Shown: piece after piece, positions 29,614 through 39,725 of the stretch
How the letters are laid out: each line of letters begins with the position of its first letter
How positions within the stretch are numbered: position 1 is the stretch's first letter
NCBI GenBank assembly: GCA_030610855.1
Contig: JAUWQY010000001.1
Span: 1,628-65,627, forward strand
Source of the DNA: Dehalococcoidia bacterium
GTDB lineage: Bacteria; Chloroflexota; Dehalococcoidia; GIF9; AB-539-J10
Direction of reading: 5' to 3'
Length of the DNA: 64,000 bases
Program-made: the position numbers and the translations under genes
The notes under the pieces: model-generated
Told to the model about the DNA's origin: nothing
What the model saw: the letters and a program-made list of their open reading frames with translations, nothing else
The model's database searches: none

Positions 29614-29824
29614 CAGATAGAGTATTCGAGCTTTAAGAGGAGGCAGGGCAAGGTAAGTAGATTCCCTGTTGCTAGCGGTACCTACTACTCTGTTGGCGAA
29701 TCCGCGAAAATCCCCCAAAAGTACTGGAAGAGGCGAGGGATTTCCCCTTTTTTAGCGACTACATATATGACGAAGGTAATATGGCAAAGGTAATGGCTAA
29801 TTAGTCCTAGCCAGGAGGAGAAAT

Positions 29825-32272
29825 ATGAAAAAGAGGATATTTTCTGTAATAAGCGTGGTCATGCTGATTGTCATGACCTTGCCAGCCACCAGCCCCCCAC
29901 CGGTGGTGGCACAGCCAAGTGGGTGGCCGACTATATGGACAGGGCTAGCCTCGGATGATAATGAGCACTGCGAGACGTTCCGCAACGTGGCGGATATGGA
30001 TGGCGATGGCTATGCGCTCTACTACGATGTGGATTCTCAGTATATATACCTGCGCATGGAGACTGTCACTGCACCGGGCTGGCCCTCTACAGGGTCGCAA
30101 GGCGCAGCTCGCTACAAGTGGTGGTTCAGTACCGCGGGGGCGGCTGCCTACGTCAGCGGGACCAGCGTGTACAATGCGGAATTTCTGCTGATACTGGAGG
30201 ACAGGACGGATACAAGCAACGTTGACGGCAGCAGGGATCAACTGGGCGAACTGACCCTCATGGACGACCTGGCAAATATCGGATTTGCAAAACGATGGAA
30301 TAAGGGGGACTCTGGGGCTTACCTCACCGGTACTCCTGACAACGGCGGTTCAAGTTCCCTTTGGAAGAGAGCAGTCGGAAATGGAACGGCTGGGACTGGA
30401 GGACCTCAGGGCGTGATGGGCGCGGATATCGGCTACCGAATTGACAACGGCTTCGTGGACATGTACGTAAGCCGGGCCGCGCTGGGAAACGCGTCCTCGT
30501 TATGCCTCATCTGGGCAACCGATAACCAGAACCCCAATCTGGACCAGGCTCCCAACTGCGACCGCCCAACGGGAGCAAATTGCATCATGCTGGGGGAGGA
30601 CTTCGGCGACGCACCTGCTCCCTACCCCACGCTGATGGCGAATGACGGAGCCCGCCATGCTGTGGGCGACATCTATCTCGGTGCCACTATTGACGCGGAA
30701 TTGGATGGCCAACCAAATTCAACTGCCACGGGCGACGACAACAGTGATCTCGATGATGAGGACGGCGTTGTTTTCACGACGGCATTGGTAAAGAGCCAAT
30801 CGGCCGACGTGACCGTGACTGCGTCGGATGCCGGGTATCTGGATGCCTGGGTGGACTTTAACGACGATGGCGACTGGGCAGATGGTGATGAGCAAATCTT
30901 CGCCGGCCGATCACTCAGTGCGGGAGCCAATTATCTGAACTTCTCAGTGCCTGTGTCGGCAACACAGACCGACCAGGCATTTGCTCGCTTTCGCTTCAGC
31001 AGCGCTGGTGGCTTGTCTTACGATGGGCCTGCTGCTGATGGTGAGGTAGAGGACTACCAGGTGGCAGTTGAGGATCGCCTTATCCTCACCATCACCGCGG
31101 ACAGCGACAGCAAGGTCTACGACGGGACACCCCTGACCAACAGTGGCTACAGCATAACAGCTGGAGCACTGGCAGCAGGCCACTCCCTTGACTCGGTGGT
31201 CGTTACCGGCTCCCAGACAGATGTCGGGAGCAGTGACAATGTGCCGAGCGATGCCGTGATCATGGACAACGGCACCAACGTGACAGCCAAACATGACATC
31301 ACCTACGTTAACGGCACGCTGACAGTCACCCGTAGGCCGCCCCCACCCCCTCGTGGCGGCGGTGGTGGTTGCCCTGTTGGATGTGCCAGATACTTCACGG
31401 TGGACTGGGACGAGAAGATCACCCGTACCTGCCTGCCCGACAATGACCGGCTGGCAGAAGACATGCTCTGTCCTGACCCCGATGGCAAACACAACCTGTT
31501 CCTGGAGCAGGGGACTCTCGCACCTGAAGTCGATGGAGAGCGGCATTACCTGATAATAATCAGAGAGCTTGAAGAAGAAGACACGCCTCCTGTTCCAGAC
31601 AATACTATGGCAGTTGCGGCCTTCAACATAACTCCTGCGGGCGCTGTCTTCGAAGAGGAGATCATCCTGACACTGGGCATCGATCTACTGCCCGACGATG
31701 CCGTGGATGCAGACATATTCTATTACGATGAAGCTCATGGAGTCTGGGTACCGCTGGACGGTGACCCAGTCGATCCAAACGGTGTGGCAGAACTGAGCCT
31801 CTCTGCAGGCGTAAACCACTTCACCGTGTTTGCCGTACTGGTCGACCTCGCTCCGCCGGCTCCTCCCGCCAGTTTTGTGGCCAGTGACTTGAGCATTGAG
31901 CTCAGCGTGGAAAAGATATGGAGCGCTATCACTTTCGTGACCAAGACAGGAGAGAACGTTACCATTACCGCTAAGGTAGAAAACGACGGTGGGCAGGCAG
32001 GCACCTACACTGTTGAGCTCAAGATAAATGGAGAGATAGTGGATAGCGAGACGGTGACACTGGACGCGGGACAAAGCCAGTATGTGAGTTTTGACCGGTC
32101 CGACATGGGTTACGGGCAGTATGAGGTAGAGGTCGCCGGATTGAGCGATACGTTCACAACCTTCCGAACCATCACCTGGTGGCTTATCATCATCCTAATA
32201 GCCGCGATTGGCCTCATTACCTGGGGAGCGGTGTGGGCTAGAAGAAGGCGCAGAGCAAGACAACAGGCATGA
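29825..32272 (+). CDS. large cell-surface protein: signal peptide, GEVED domain, MBG-like domain, Pro/Gly linker, CARDB domain, C-terminal TM anchor
   Basis: Signal peptide MKKRIFSVISVVMLIVMTLPA. DFGDAPAPYPT...ARH...DGQPNSTATGDDNSDLDDEDGV...ADGEVEDYQVAV is GEVED-domain-like. KVYDGTPL...ITYVNGTLTVT is MBG-like. GENVTITAKVENDGGQAGTYTVELKINGEIV is CARDB-like. Terminal hydrophobic helix plus RRRRRAR. Confidence 0.85.
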   Translation: MKKRIFSVISVVMLIVMTLPATSPPPVVAQPSGWPTIWTGLASDDNEHCETFRNVADMDGDGYALYYDVDSQYIYLRMETVTAPGWPSTGSQGAARYKWWFSTAGAAAYVSGTSVYNAEFLLILEDRTDTSNVDGSRDQLGELTLMDDLANIGFAKRWNKGDSGAYLTGTPDNGGSSSLWKRAVGNGTAGTGGPQGVMGADIGYRIDNGFVDMYVSRAALGNASSLCLIWATDNQNPNLDQAPNCDRPTGANCIMLGEDFGDAPAPYPTLMANDGARHAVGDIYLGATIDAELDGQPNSTATGDDNSDLDDEDGVVFTTALVKSQSADVTVTASDAGYLDAWVDFNDDGDWADGDEQIFAGRSLSAGANYLNFSVPVSATQTDQAFARFRFSSAGGLSYDGPAADGEVEDYQVAVEDRLILTITADSDSKVYDGTPLTNSGYSITAGALAAGHSLDSVVVTGSQTDVGSSDNVPSDAVIMDNGTNVTAKHDITYVNGTLTVTRRPPPPPRGGGGGCPVGCARYFTVDWDEKITRTCLPDNDRLAEDMLCPDPDGKHNLFLEQGTLAPEVDGERHYLIIIRELEEEDTPPVPDNTMAVAAFNITPAGAVFEEEIILTLGIDLLPDDAVDADIFYYDEAHGVWVPLDGDPVDPNGVAELSLSAGVNHFTVFAVLVDLAPPAPPASFVASDLSIELSVEKIWSAITFVTKTGENVTITAKVENDGGQAGTYTVELKINGEIVDSETVTLDAGQSQYVSFDRSDMGYGQYEVEVAGLSDTFTTFRTITWWLIIILIAAIGLITWGAVWARRRRRARQQA

Positions 32273-32281
32273 ACGATACAA

Positions 32282-32312
32282 GGGGATAACGTAGCCCGGG
32301 GCTACGTTATCC
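32282..32312 (+). terminator. 13-bp-stem hairpin 10 nt after the surface-protein stop codon
   Basis: GGGATAACGTAGC-ccggg-GCTACGTTATCCC, followed by a C-rich rather than T-rich tract. Confidence 0.45.
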
Positions 32313-32334
32313 CTGTCCCCCCCAATCTGCAAAT

Positions 32335-32498
32335 CCTGTAGTGCGATCTCTTAACGTCGTGGGCCCTCCTGCACGAGGCTAAGGCCTGGCACAACGTTTT
32401 TGTCCCGGCCACTTCTGCGGTGCGACTAAGATCGTGCCGCACCCCGATTTCTGTAGTGCGACCCTTCAGGGTCGTGCATTATCGCGCGAGGCTAAAGC
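32335..32498. repeat. two to three copies of a ~50-nt imperfect direct repeat (CTGTAGTGCGA-N9-GTCGTG-N10-CGAGGCTAARGCC)
   Basis: Copies at 32335-32385 and 32450-32498, with a partial copy at 32414-32442. A 17-bp palindrome GTCCCGATAATCGGGAC follows at 32559-32575. Confidence 0.4.
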
Positions 32499-32672
32499 CA
32501 CCGGTGTCATTGCGAGGGCGTAGCCCGCGGCAATCCCTGCCCCTCCCTGAGATTGCTTCGTCCCGATAATCGGGACTCGCAACAAAAAGGAAACAGCCTC
32601 GCAGCAAGGCAGCGAAGGGCGCTCGCAGCGATATTTCGACATTGTGGCTTGTTCGATATAGAATACCGCTGT

Positions 32673-33611
32673 ATGAGCACGAAGACGCGGCCAAAGCTGA
32701 AGACAGTCTACTGGGGCCTCCTTCTTTTTGCCGTCGCTCACTTGCTCGTCTTTCTTGTTGTCACCCGCGTAGATCCATTCCTGGACGAAAAGGACATACA
32801 TGTGCCGATTCAGCCGTCCGAGCCCATATCATGGTGGCCCGGGGAAGTGACACTCCCCAGCGGAGAGGTCATCGAGGTACCGGCCCATTCAGCGGTAGGG
32901 CCGATCTTGATCTATGTTCTTGCGGCGGCGGCCGCGCTGGGGGTCACACTCTCCTTGATTCCGCTGGCGGCTCTGAAGGTTTTCCTCAGACTGCTGTTTG
33001 CCCTTCTGTTTAGTTGGGGGGCATTCATCGGAACTGTCTTCTACTTGCCCCTTCCTTTGGCTGTCGCCGTCGCCGTCGCGCTTGGAACACTCTGGTTCGT
33101 GATACCCCTCGTCTGGTTACATAACCTGGTGTTGATCTTGGCTGTCAGTAGCCTGGGGGCGGTTTTCGGCCGCTTCATTACCCCGTGGACTGCTATGGCC
33201 ATCATTCTGGCACTCGCCGTCTATGACCTCCTGGCAGTCCGTTTCAAATTCATGCTCTGGATGGCAGACAGGCTATCGCAGATAAATGCCCTGCCGGCAC
33301 TGATCATCCCCAGGAACTATGCTGACTGGAACTTGAACTTGAAAGGCCGCGAAGAGAAGGTGATTCAGGCAAACCCGTCCCAGAGGGAGTACTCCATACT
33401 GGGCGGTGGTGATATCGCCTTCCCTTGTCTGCTTACGGCCTCCGTCTGTTTTGCCCGGGGGCTGGCTCCGGGGGCTATCATCGCGGTACTCGGCGCACTG
33501 GGACTGGTCACTGTCTATGTGATTCAAGCGAAATTCTTGAAGGGGAAGCCAATGGCGGCTCTGCCCCCTATCGCTGCCTTCACATTGGTTGGATTATTGA
33601 TTATCTCGTGA
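32673..33611 (+). CDS. presenilin/SPP-like GxGD intramembrane aspartyl protease homologue
   Basis: Polytopic membrane protein. Motifs YD (LAVYDLLAV), GxGD (LGGGDIAF) and a P-x-AL-like segment (PMAALPP) occur in presenilin order and spacing. Start chosen at ATG 32673. Confidence 0.55.
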   Translation: MSTKTRPKLKTVYWGLLLFAVAHLLVFLVVTRVDPFLDEKDIHVPIQPSEPISWWPGEVTLPSGEVIEVPAHSAVGPILIYVLAAAAALGVTLSLIPLAALKVFLRLLFALLFSWGAFIGTVFYLPLPLAVAVAVALGTLWFVIPLVWLHNLVLILAVSSLGAVFGRFITPWTAMAIILALAVYDLLAVRFKFMLWMADRLSQINALPALIIPRNYADWNLNLKGREEKVIQANPSQREYSILGGGDIAFPCLLTASVCFARGLAPGAIIAVLGALGLVTVYVIQAKFLKGKPMAALPPIAAFTLVGLLIIS

Positions 33612-33795
33612 CCTGCCCCCAAAATGCTCCGGTTATTGGTATCCTGGGCTGTGATATTGTTCGGGGTTTGGAAATCAGGATTCAGGATTTCCCCTTCAGG
33701 GATTGGCATCTAACCTGAGGGTTGTTTCATCGCCCTTCCGCAGGGTCAGGACGGGCCTGGCAATGACATGAGAAAACGACGGCAAAGGAACGTCC

Positions 33796-34605
33796 TCATT
33801 TCTGCTCTGGATGGGAAGCCAGATGCGAGTTTATCTGCCTGCGTATTCGGTCAGCCACAGTCCTGGCCACCCGGGCGAAATCCTTTCCTCTTGAGGCATA
33901 AAGAATCTGTCTCGAAACATTGAAAATGGCCCTTTCTCCCCGGGCATCCACTCCGTAGCTGACTGCTGAAGCCAGGTCTCCTCCCTGGGCGCCAACGCCC
34001 GGGATGAGCAGGCACATTTCAGGGCAGATTGAGCGGACCCTCTTCAATTCTTCAGGACAGGTAGCCCCGACGACCAGGCCGATGTTGTCATGGATATTCC
34101 ATTCTCTGGCTTTGTGAGCCACAGTTTCGTACAGCGGCAGGCCATTTGTATGGAGGTCCTGAAAATCCACGGCGCCCCGGTTTGACGTTCGGCACAGGAT
34201 GAATACGCCCTTATCCTGGTAGCTGACAAAAGGCTCTATGGAATCATAGCCGAGGTAAGGACTGACGGTGGCGGCATCGAAGCCAAAAACCGAGAAGAGA
34301 GCCCTGGCGTACGCCTTTGCCGTATTTCCTATATCGCCGCGCTTGGCATCGGCGATTACAGGTACGTCGCCCGGTATATGTTTTATTGTCTCTTCCAGGA
34401 TGGCAAGCCCTGCGCTGCCCAGGGCTTCGTAGAAAGCTAGATTGGGCTTGTAGGCGCAGGCCAGATCGCTGGTAGCCTCAATAATGGCTCTGTTAAACTG
34501 CACGACGTCCACCCCGGGCATAAGCTCCGGGTCGGGGTCGAGTCCGATGCAAAGCAGGCTTCTATTCTTTCGGCTCATATTCAGCAACTTATCGATGAAT
34601 TTCAT
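33796..34605 (-). CDS. pyrF: orotidine 5'-phosphate decarboxylase, type 2
   Basis: IADAKRGDIGNT motif. About 270-aa type-2 ODCase. Confidence 0.9.
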   Translation of the reverse strand: MKFIDKLLNMSRKNRSLLCIGLDPDPELMPGVDVVQFNRAIIEATSDLACAYKPNLAFYEALGSAGLAILEETIKHIPGDVPVIADAKRGDIGNTAKAYARALFSVFGFDAATVSPYLGYDSIEPFVSYQDKGVFILCRTSNRGAVDFQDLHTNGLPLYETVAHKAREWNIHDNIGLVVGATCPEELKRVRSICPEMCLLIPGVGAQGGDLASAVSYGVDARGERAIFNVSRQILYASRGKDFARVARTVADRIRRQINSHLASHPEQK

Positions 34606-34800
34606 TGCCGTAACCCAGATAATATCAGGAGATGGGAATAAATCAAAGCTCGGTCAAGGCTCCCCTGCCTTGGCAGTGCAGTGCCAATTGCTATCGAAAG
34701 CCTTCCGCCCTATCGCTTACAGACATTGCCTCATCCTGCCCCCCTTTTGCCTCTGGGTGCGTCAAGGGTTACAATACAAGGAGCAGGAAGGAGATGAAAC

Positions 34801-36159
34801 GTGCGCGATCAACTCGTTGATGCCTTGAAAGGCCATGATGCTGACTATGTCGAAATCCGCTTTGAGGAGAGCCACAATACTAACATCGTCTACAAAGGTA
34901 AGAGCCTGGAGGAGATAAGCAGGGCTCGCAGTTCTGGCGGCAGCATTCGTGCTCTGGTTCAGGGCAGTTGGGGATTTGTCAGCTTCGACCGACTCGACAA
35001 TCTGGCCGACAAGGTGGTTCTGGCGGTAGAGGAGGCAAGGCTAGCCGGCAGAGAACCCTTTGACCTCTTCCCCACAGAGCCTGTCGTCGATATCGTAACT
35101 CCGCAGTTGAAGCAAGATGCAGCGGCAATACCCCTGGGGGTGAAGAAGCAACTTCTCGATGAGTATAACGATATCATATTAAGCAGTCCGAAGATTCAAA
35201 GCTCAAGGATCATATACCGCGATGCCAGGCGCAGGGTCATCTTCGCCAATTCCGAGGGCAGCTACATAGAGCAAGATAGACCTGACCTGTCATTACGATT
35301 GACAGCCATAGCTCGACAGGATGGTGAGGTACAGCAAGCGGGAATCAGTCTGGGAAGCAATTGTGAGTTCTCCGCTGTAGAGGGACTACATGAGCAAGCC
35401 AGGGAGATAGCTAAGCGTGCCGCAGCCCTGCTTGTTGCCCCCCAGGCGACAGGCCGGGAGTACACCGTGATCCTGGACCCCATTCTGGCCGGGCTCTTCG
35501 CTCACGAGGCCTTCGGGCATCTGTCGGAGGCGGATTTCGTATATCAGAACCAAAACCTGCGGCAAATCATGGTCCTGGGGAAGAGGTTCGGCGGCAAGCA
35601 TCTCAATATCGTTGATGATGCTACGATCCCTGACTTGCGGGGAAGCTACAAATACGATGATGAAGGTACGCCGACAAGGAAAACCTGTCTTATTCGAGAG
35701 GGAATTCTGGAAGGAAGGCTCCATTCGAGGGAAACCGCGGCCAGGATGGGAGAGAGACCCAAAGGGAATGCTCGAGCCGTTAACTACCGCTTTCCCCCCA
35801 TAGTGCGAATGACCAATACCTTCATTGAGCCTGGAGACGCGTCGCTCGAGGAAATGCTCGGTGACATAGAAGAAGGCGTCTATGCCAGGGACTGGTATGG
35901 CGGCACGACCAACCTGGAGATGTTCACCTTCTCGGCCGGCGAGGCCTACATGATTCGCCAGGGGAGATTGGCAGAGTTGCTGCGCCCCGTGGTACTAACC
36001 GGCAATGTTTTTGCTACCCTGAAGAACATAGATGCGATAGGCAACGACCTGGAGATGAACCAGGGCGGTGGCTGTGGCAAGGGAGGGCAATATCCATTGC
36101 CCGTTTCTAACGGCAGCCCGCATATCAGGATTCGGCATTGTGTGGTAGGAGGAAGATAG
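34801..36159 (+). CDS. tldD: TldD-type metallopeptidase (HExxxH present)
   Basis: HEAFGH zinc motif and the TldD/PmbA fold. GTG start with GGAAGGAG RBS. Separated by 18 kb from pmbA. Confidence 0.85.
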   Translation: MRDQLVDALKGHDADYVEIRFEESHNTNIVYKGKSLEEISRARSSGGSIRALVQGSWGFVSFDRLDNLADKVVLAVEEARLAGREPFDLFPTEPVVDIVTPQLKQDAAAIPLGVKKQLLDEYNDIILSSPKIQSSRIIYRDARRRVIFANSEGSYIEQDRPDLSLRLTAIARQDGEVQQAGISLGSNCEFSAVEGLHEQAREIAKRAAALLVAPQATGREYTVILDPILAGLFAHEAFGHLSEADFVYQNQNLRQIMVLGKRFGGKHLNIVDDATIPDLRGSYKYDDEGTPTRKTCLIREGILEGRLHSRETAARMGERPKGNARAVNYRFPPIVRMTNTFIEPGDASLEEMLGDIEEGVYARDWYGGTTNLEMFTFSAGEAYMIRQGRLAELLRPVVLTGNVFATLKNIDAIGNDLEMNQGGGCGKGGQYPLPVSNGSPHIRIRHCVVGGR

Positions 36160-36441
36160 AAATCAGCACTCTAGTCCTGCGCACAATTCCGTAAGAAATC
36201 CCTCCCCTTCGTTCCCTTCCGGTTCCGGCCTTGTCCCTCCAGTAGGCCCCATTGCCGGCATTGCTCGCCAACCGCGGCAACCCCATGCCCCTACACGACA
36301 TCGCTTTGCGGGATTCTTCGCTCCGCTCAGAATGACAGGAAGCCAGCGGCTCAGTTGACAGGTGGCGAAGGACTTTGAATGACACGGGCAGTCTGAATAG
36401 CTGCAATATGGTAAACTAACCGGTAAACAAGGGGGAGTTCT

Positions 36442-37701
36442 TTGCACAAAGCGCCTCGGGGAACATTCGACATCCTGCCTCAAGAGCACGCCTACTGGAA
36501 ATACGCAGAGGAAAAGGCTGTTTCCTTGTGTCTGCTCTATGGTTACCAGCCGTTGAGCACGCCGATATTCGAAGATGCCCAGCTTTTCACCAGAACTGTC
36601 GGCGGGGGCACAGATATCGTCGACAAGGAGATGTATGTTTTCCAGGACAAAGGCGGGCAAGAACTGGCCTTGAGGGCAGAAGGAACCGCGCCGGTGTGCC
36701 GGGCTTACCTGGAGCATGGATTATTCAACCTGGCTCAACCCGTCAAGCTCTATTATATCGGGCCGGCCTTCCGCTATGAGCGCCCCCAGGCCGGGAGATA
36801 CCGCCAGCACCACCAGTTTGGCTTTGAGGCTCTGGGCGAGGCCGATCCCGTTCTGGATGCCGAGGTAATAGAAATGGCCTGGCGATTGTTCATCTCCCTG
36901 GGGTTATCCGGGGTTTCCATTCAGCTCAACAGCATTGGCTGTAAGCTCTGCCGACCCGGGTACCTGGAAGTGCTGAGGCAGCATTATTCTGGTTATGCAG
37001 AGCGCCTTTGCTCTGATTGTAAGGCCAGGCTGACCAGAAAGCCGCTACGTCTGCTTGATTGCAAGCAAGCCGTTTGCCAGGAGATAGCAGGAACGGCGCC
37101 GAAGACCACGGATCATCTGTGCCATGAATGCCGACTGCACTTCGAAACCGTTCACGGATATTTAGGGACGTTGGGCATCCCCTTTTATCTGAATCATAGA
37201 TTGGTCCGAGGCCTGGATTACTACACCAGGACGGTATTCGAAGTGGAACCCCAAGAGAAAGGGGGACAGAGTTCGCTTGGGGGAGGGGGGCGCTATGATG
37301 ACCTCATCGAGACATTAGGCGGAAACCCCACTCCAGGAGTTGGCTTTGCAGCCGGACTGGAAAGAATAGTATTGAATCTGAAAAGAGAGAGTCCGGATAT
37401 CCCGCCGTTGCCCAGGCCTGTTGCTTTTGTCGCCTACCTGGGGCCGGAAGCCAAGATCGAAGCGCTGAAGATCGCCTCGGAGCTGCGGAAGGCTGAGCTT
37501 GCCATTATCATGGCTACAGGTGACAAGAGCCTGAAGGGGCAGATGAGACAAGCTAACTCTTTGGGCAGTACCTACGCCGTCATCCTCGGCAAGGAAGAGC
37601 TCAGCAACCGGAACGCAATATTGCGAGATATGGGGAGCGGAGACCAGCAAACGGTTCCTTTGACCGAGTTAACCAGAGTGCTCAAGCAGGGTCAGAAGTA
37701 G
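36442..37701 (+). CDS. hisS: histidine--tRNA ligase
   Basis: APRGTFDILP N-terminus and class-II aaRS motifs with an anticodon-binding domain. Likely TTG start with GGGGGAG RBS. Confidence 0.9.
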   Translation: MHKAPRGTFDILPQEHAYWKYAEEKAVSLCLLYGYQPLSTPIFEDAQLFTRTVGGGTDIVDKEMYVFQDKGGQELALRAEGTAPVCRAYLEHGLFNLAQPVKLYYIGPAFRYERPQAGRYRQHHQFGFEALGEADPVLDAEVIEMAWRLFISLGLSGVSIQLNSIGCKLCRPGYLEVLRQHYSGYAERLCSDCKARLTRKPLRLLDCKQAVCQEIAGTAPKTTDHLCHECRLHFETVHGYLGTLGIPFYLNHRLVRGLDYYTRTVFEVEPQEKGGQSSLGGGGRYDDLIETLGGNPTPGVGFAAGLERIVLNLKRESPDIPPLPRPVAFVAYLGPEAKIEALKIASELRKAELAIIMATGDKSLKGQMRQANSLGSTYAVILGKEELSNRNAILRDMGSGDQQTVPLTELTRVLKQGQK

Positions 37702-37719
37702 CACCGCCAATGTCAGATA

Positions 37720-37728
37720 TGCTATAAT
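37720..37728 (+). promoter_or_regulatory. extended -10 TGCTATAAT upstream of gyrB
   Basis: Exact TGnTATAAT match 89 nt upstream of the gyrB ATG. Confidence 0.4.
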
Positions 37729-37817
37729 AGGCGCAGTGCCATTACCATCAACGACAAGTAGGGATGTGCATTGCTTCCTACCATCAGCCGCCATTTCGTC
37801 TTACGCCATAGAATGAC

Positions 37818-39725
37818 ATGAACAACCACGCAGCGCACGAATATACTGCCAAAGATATCCAGATCTTGGATGAGATCAAGGCCGTACGCTTACGACCGGG
37901 CATGTACATTGGAGGCACCGATCGGTACGGATTGCACCAATGCCTCTACGAGATAGTATATAACAGCATCGACGAAGCCATGGCCGGCTGCTGTGACCGA
38001 ATTGACATAACAATCCATGAGGATAATAGCGTCACTGTGACTGATAATGGCCGAGGTATCCCTACAGAAACTATCCCGGGAGAAAGCATCACAGCTCTGC
38101 AAGCAGTGATGACTCGCTTGCATGCCGGAGCTAAGTTCAGCGAGCATGTCTACGGCGTATCCAGCGGCCTGCACGGCGTTGGCGCCTCGGTAGTAAATGC
38201 CCTGTCCTCCTGGCTTAATGTTGAGATTAAGCGCCAGGGGAAAATTCACCGCCAGGAATACGAGCGGGGCATTCCCAAAGGCGACGTAGAAATCACCGGG
38301 GATTCCCAGGATACAGGCACCTCCATTACATTCCTTGCCGATGAGAAAATCTTCGAGGACATTGAATATGATTCCGACATGGCCTGTCAGCGATTAAGGG
38401 AACTGGCTTACCTCAACAAAGGGGTGGGAATAGCTCTCAAGGACGAGAGAAACAATCAGGAGAGAACGTTCTACTTCGATGGGGGCATAGCCAGTTTCGT
38501 CCGCCGCCTGAATAGAAACAGAGGCGTTGTTCACCCCTATCCTATTTATGTCTCCGCTATGATAAATAGCACGATAATCGAAGCAGCTATGCAGTATAAC
38601 GATAGCTTCACAGAATCCACTATCTCCTTTGCCAACTGCGTGAATACGAGAGACGGCGGTAGCCACCTTACCGGCTTCCGCTCAGCATTGACTCGAGTTT
38701 TCAACGATTATGCCCGGAACGCTAAACTCCTAAAGGATACTGATCCCAACCTAACCGGGGAGGATGTGCGCGAAGGGGCAGTTGCCATCATCAGCGTGAA
38801 GCTGCCCCAGCCCCAGTTTGAGGGGCAAACTAAGGCAAGATTGGGGAATCCCGAGGTAAAGAGTCAGGTCGAGTCGGCGGTGGCAAACAGCTTGGCCCTC
38901 TACCTTGAGCAGCACCCGAGCGAGGCCAGGGCAATCATAGAGAAGTGCCTCACCGCCGCCAAAGCCAGAGAGGCGGCACGCAAGGCTCGCGATCTCGTCT
39001 TGAAGAGAAACAGCTTCGAAGCATCAACTCTGCCAGGAAAGCTGGCTGATTGTTCCGAGAAAGAGCCGGCACAATGCGAACTTTACCTTGTCGAAGGCCC
39101 CTCAGCCGGCGGCTCAGCTAAGCAAGGGCGAGACCGCGCATTTCAAGCTATTCTCCCCCTGAGAGGCAAGATACTTAATGTGGAGAAGGCTGCCAAAGAA
39201 AAGATCATAGCGCATGAAGAACTGAGAGCCATTGTCACAGCACTGAAAGCAAGTACCGACGACCAGTTCGATAGCTCCAAACTTCGTTACCATAAGGTAA
39301 TCATCATGACCGATGCCGATGTGGACGGCTCGCACATCCGTACTTTGCTCCTTACCTTCTTTTTCCGCCATATGATGGAGTTAATCAACCAGGGCTATCT
39401 CTACATTGCTCAACCACCCCTCTATCGCATCAAGTCGGGTAAACAGGAATTCTGGCTTTACTCTGACCGGGAAAAGGAGCAAAAACTCAGATCACTCAAG
39501 TCAGACAAAGTGGACATCCAGAGATACAAAGGACTGGGCGAAATGAGTCCGGAACAACTATGGGCGACAACTATGAACCCCGCTAACAGAACCTTGCTCC
39601 AAGTACAGGTAGAGGATGCTATAGCCGCCGACCAGACCTTTCGTATGCTGATGGGCGATGAAGTTCTGCCGCGCAAGAGATTCATCCAGGCCCATGCTCA
39701 AAGTGTGAGAAACCTCGATATCTAG
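37818..39725 (+). CDS. gyrB: DNA gyrase subunit B
   Basis: GHKL ATPase N-terminus, TOPRIM (LYLVEGPSAGGSAKQGRDR) and a gyrB-specific C-terminus. 635 aa. Confidence 0.9.
   Translation: MNNHAAHEYTAKDIQILDEIKAVRLRPGMYIGGTDRYGLHQCLYEIVYNSIDEAMAGCCDRIDITIHEDNSVTVTDNGRGIPTETIPGESITALQAVMTRLHAGAKFSEHVYGVSSGLHGVGASVVNALSSWLNVEIKRQGKIHRQEYERGIPKGDVEITGDSQDTGTSITFLADEKIFEDIEYDSDMACQRLRELAYLNKGVGIALKDERNNQERTFYFDGGIASFVRRLNRNRGVVHPYPIYVSAMINSTIIEAAMQYNDSFTESTISFANCVNTRDGGSHLTGFRSALTRVFNDYARNAKLLKDTDPNLTGEDVREGAVAIISVKLPQPQFEGQTKARLGNPEVKSQVESAVANSLALYLEQHPSEARAIIEKCLTAAKAREAARKARDLVLKRNSFEASTLPGKLADCSEKEPAQCELYLVEGPSAGGSAKQGRDRAFQAILPLRGKILNVEKAAKEKIIAHEELRAIVTALKASTDDQFDSSKLRYHKVIIMTDADVDGSHIRTLLLTFFFRHMMELINQGYLYIAQPPLYRIKSGKQEFWLYSDREKEQKLRSLKSDKVDIQRYKGLGEMSPEQLWATTMNPANRTLLQVQVEDAIAADQTFRMLMGDEVLPRKRFIQAHAQSVRNLDI

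Noticed and set aside
32335-32498. The 50-nt direct repeats considered as a CRISPR array
   Set aside because: Only 2-3 imperfect copies with ~115-nt irregular spacing. Repeat is not palindromic in the CRISPR manner. No cas genes anywhere in the window.
36280-36330. Segment GATTCTTCGCTCCGCTCAGAATGAC (reads as …HSERSEES… in an antisense ORF) that felt like a known repeat
   Set aside because: Single copy in this window. I cannot place it in a defined repeat family with confidence.
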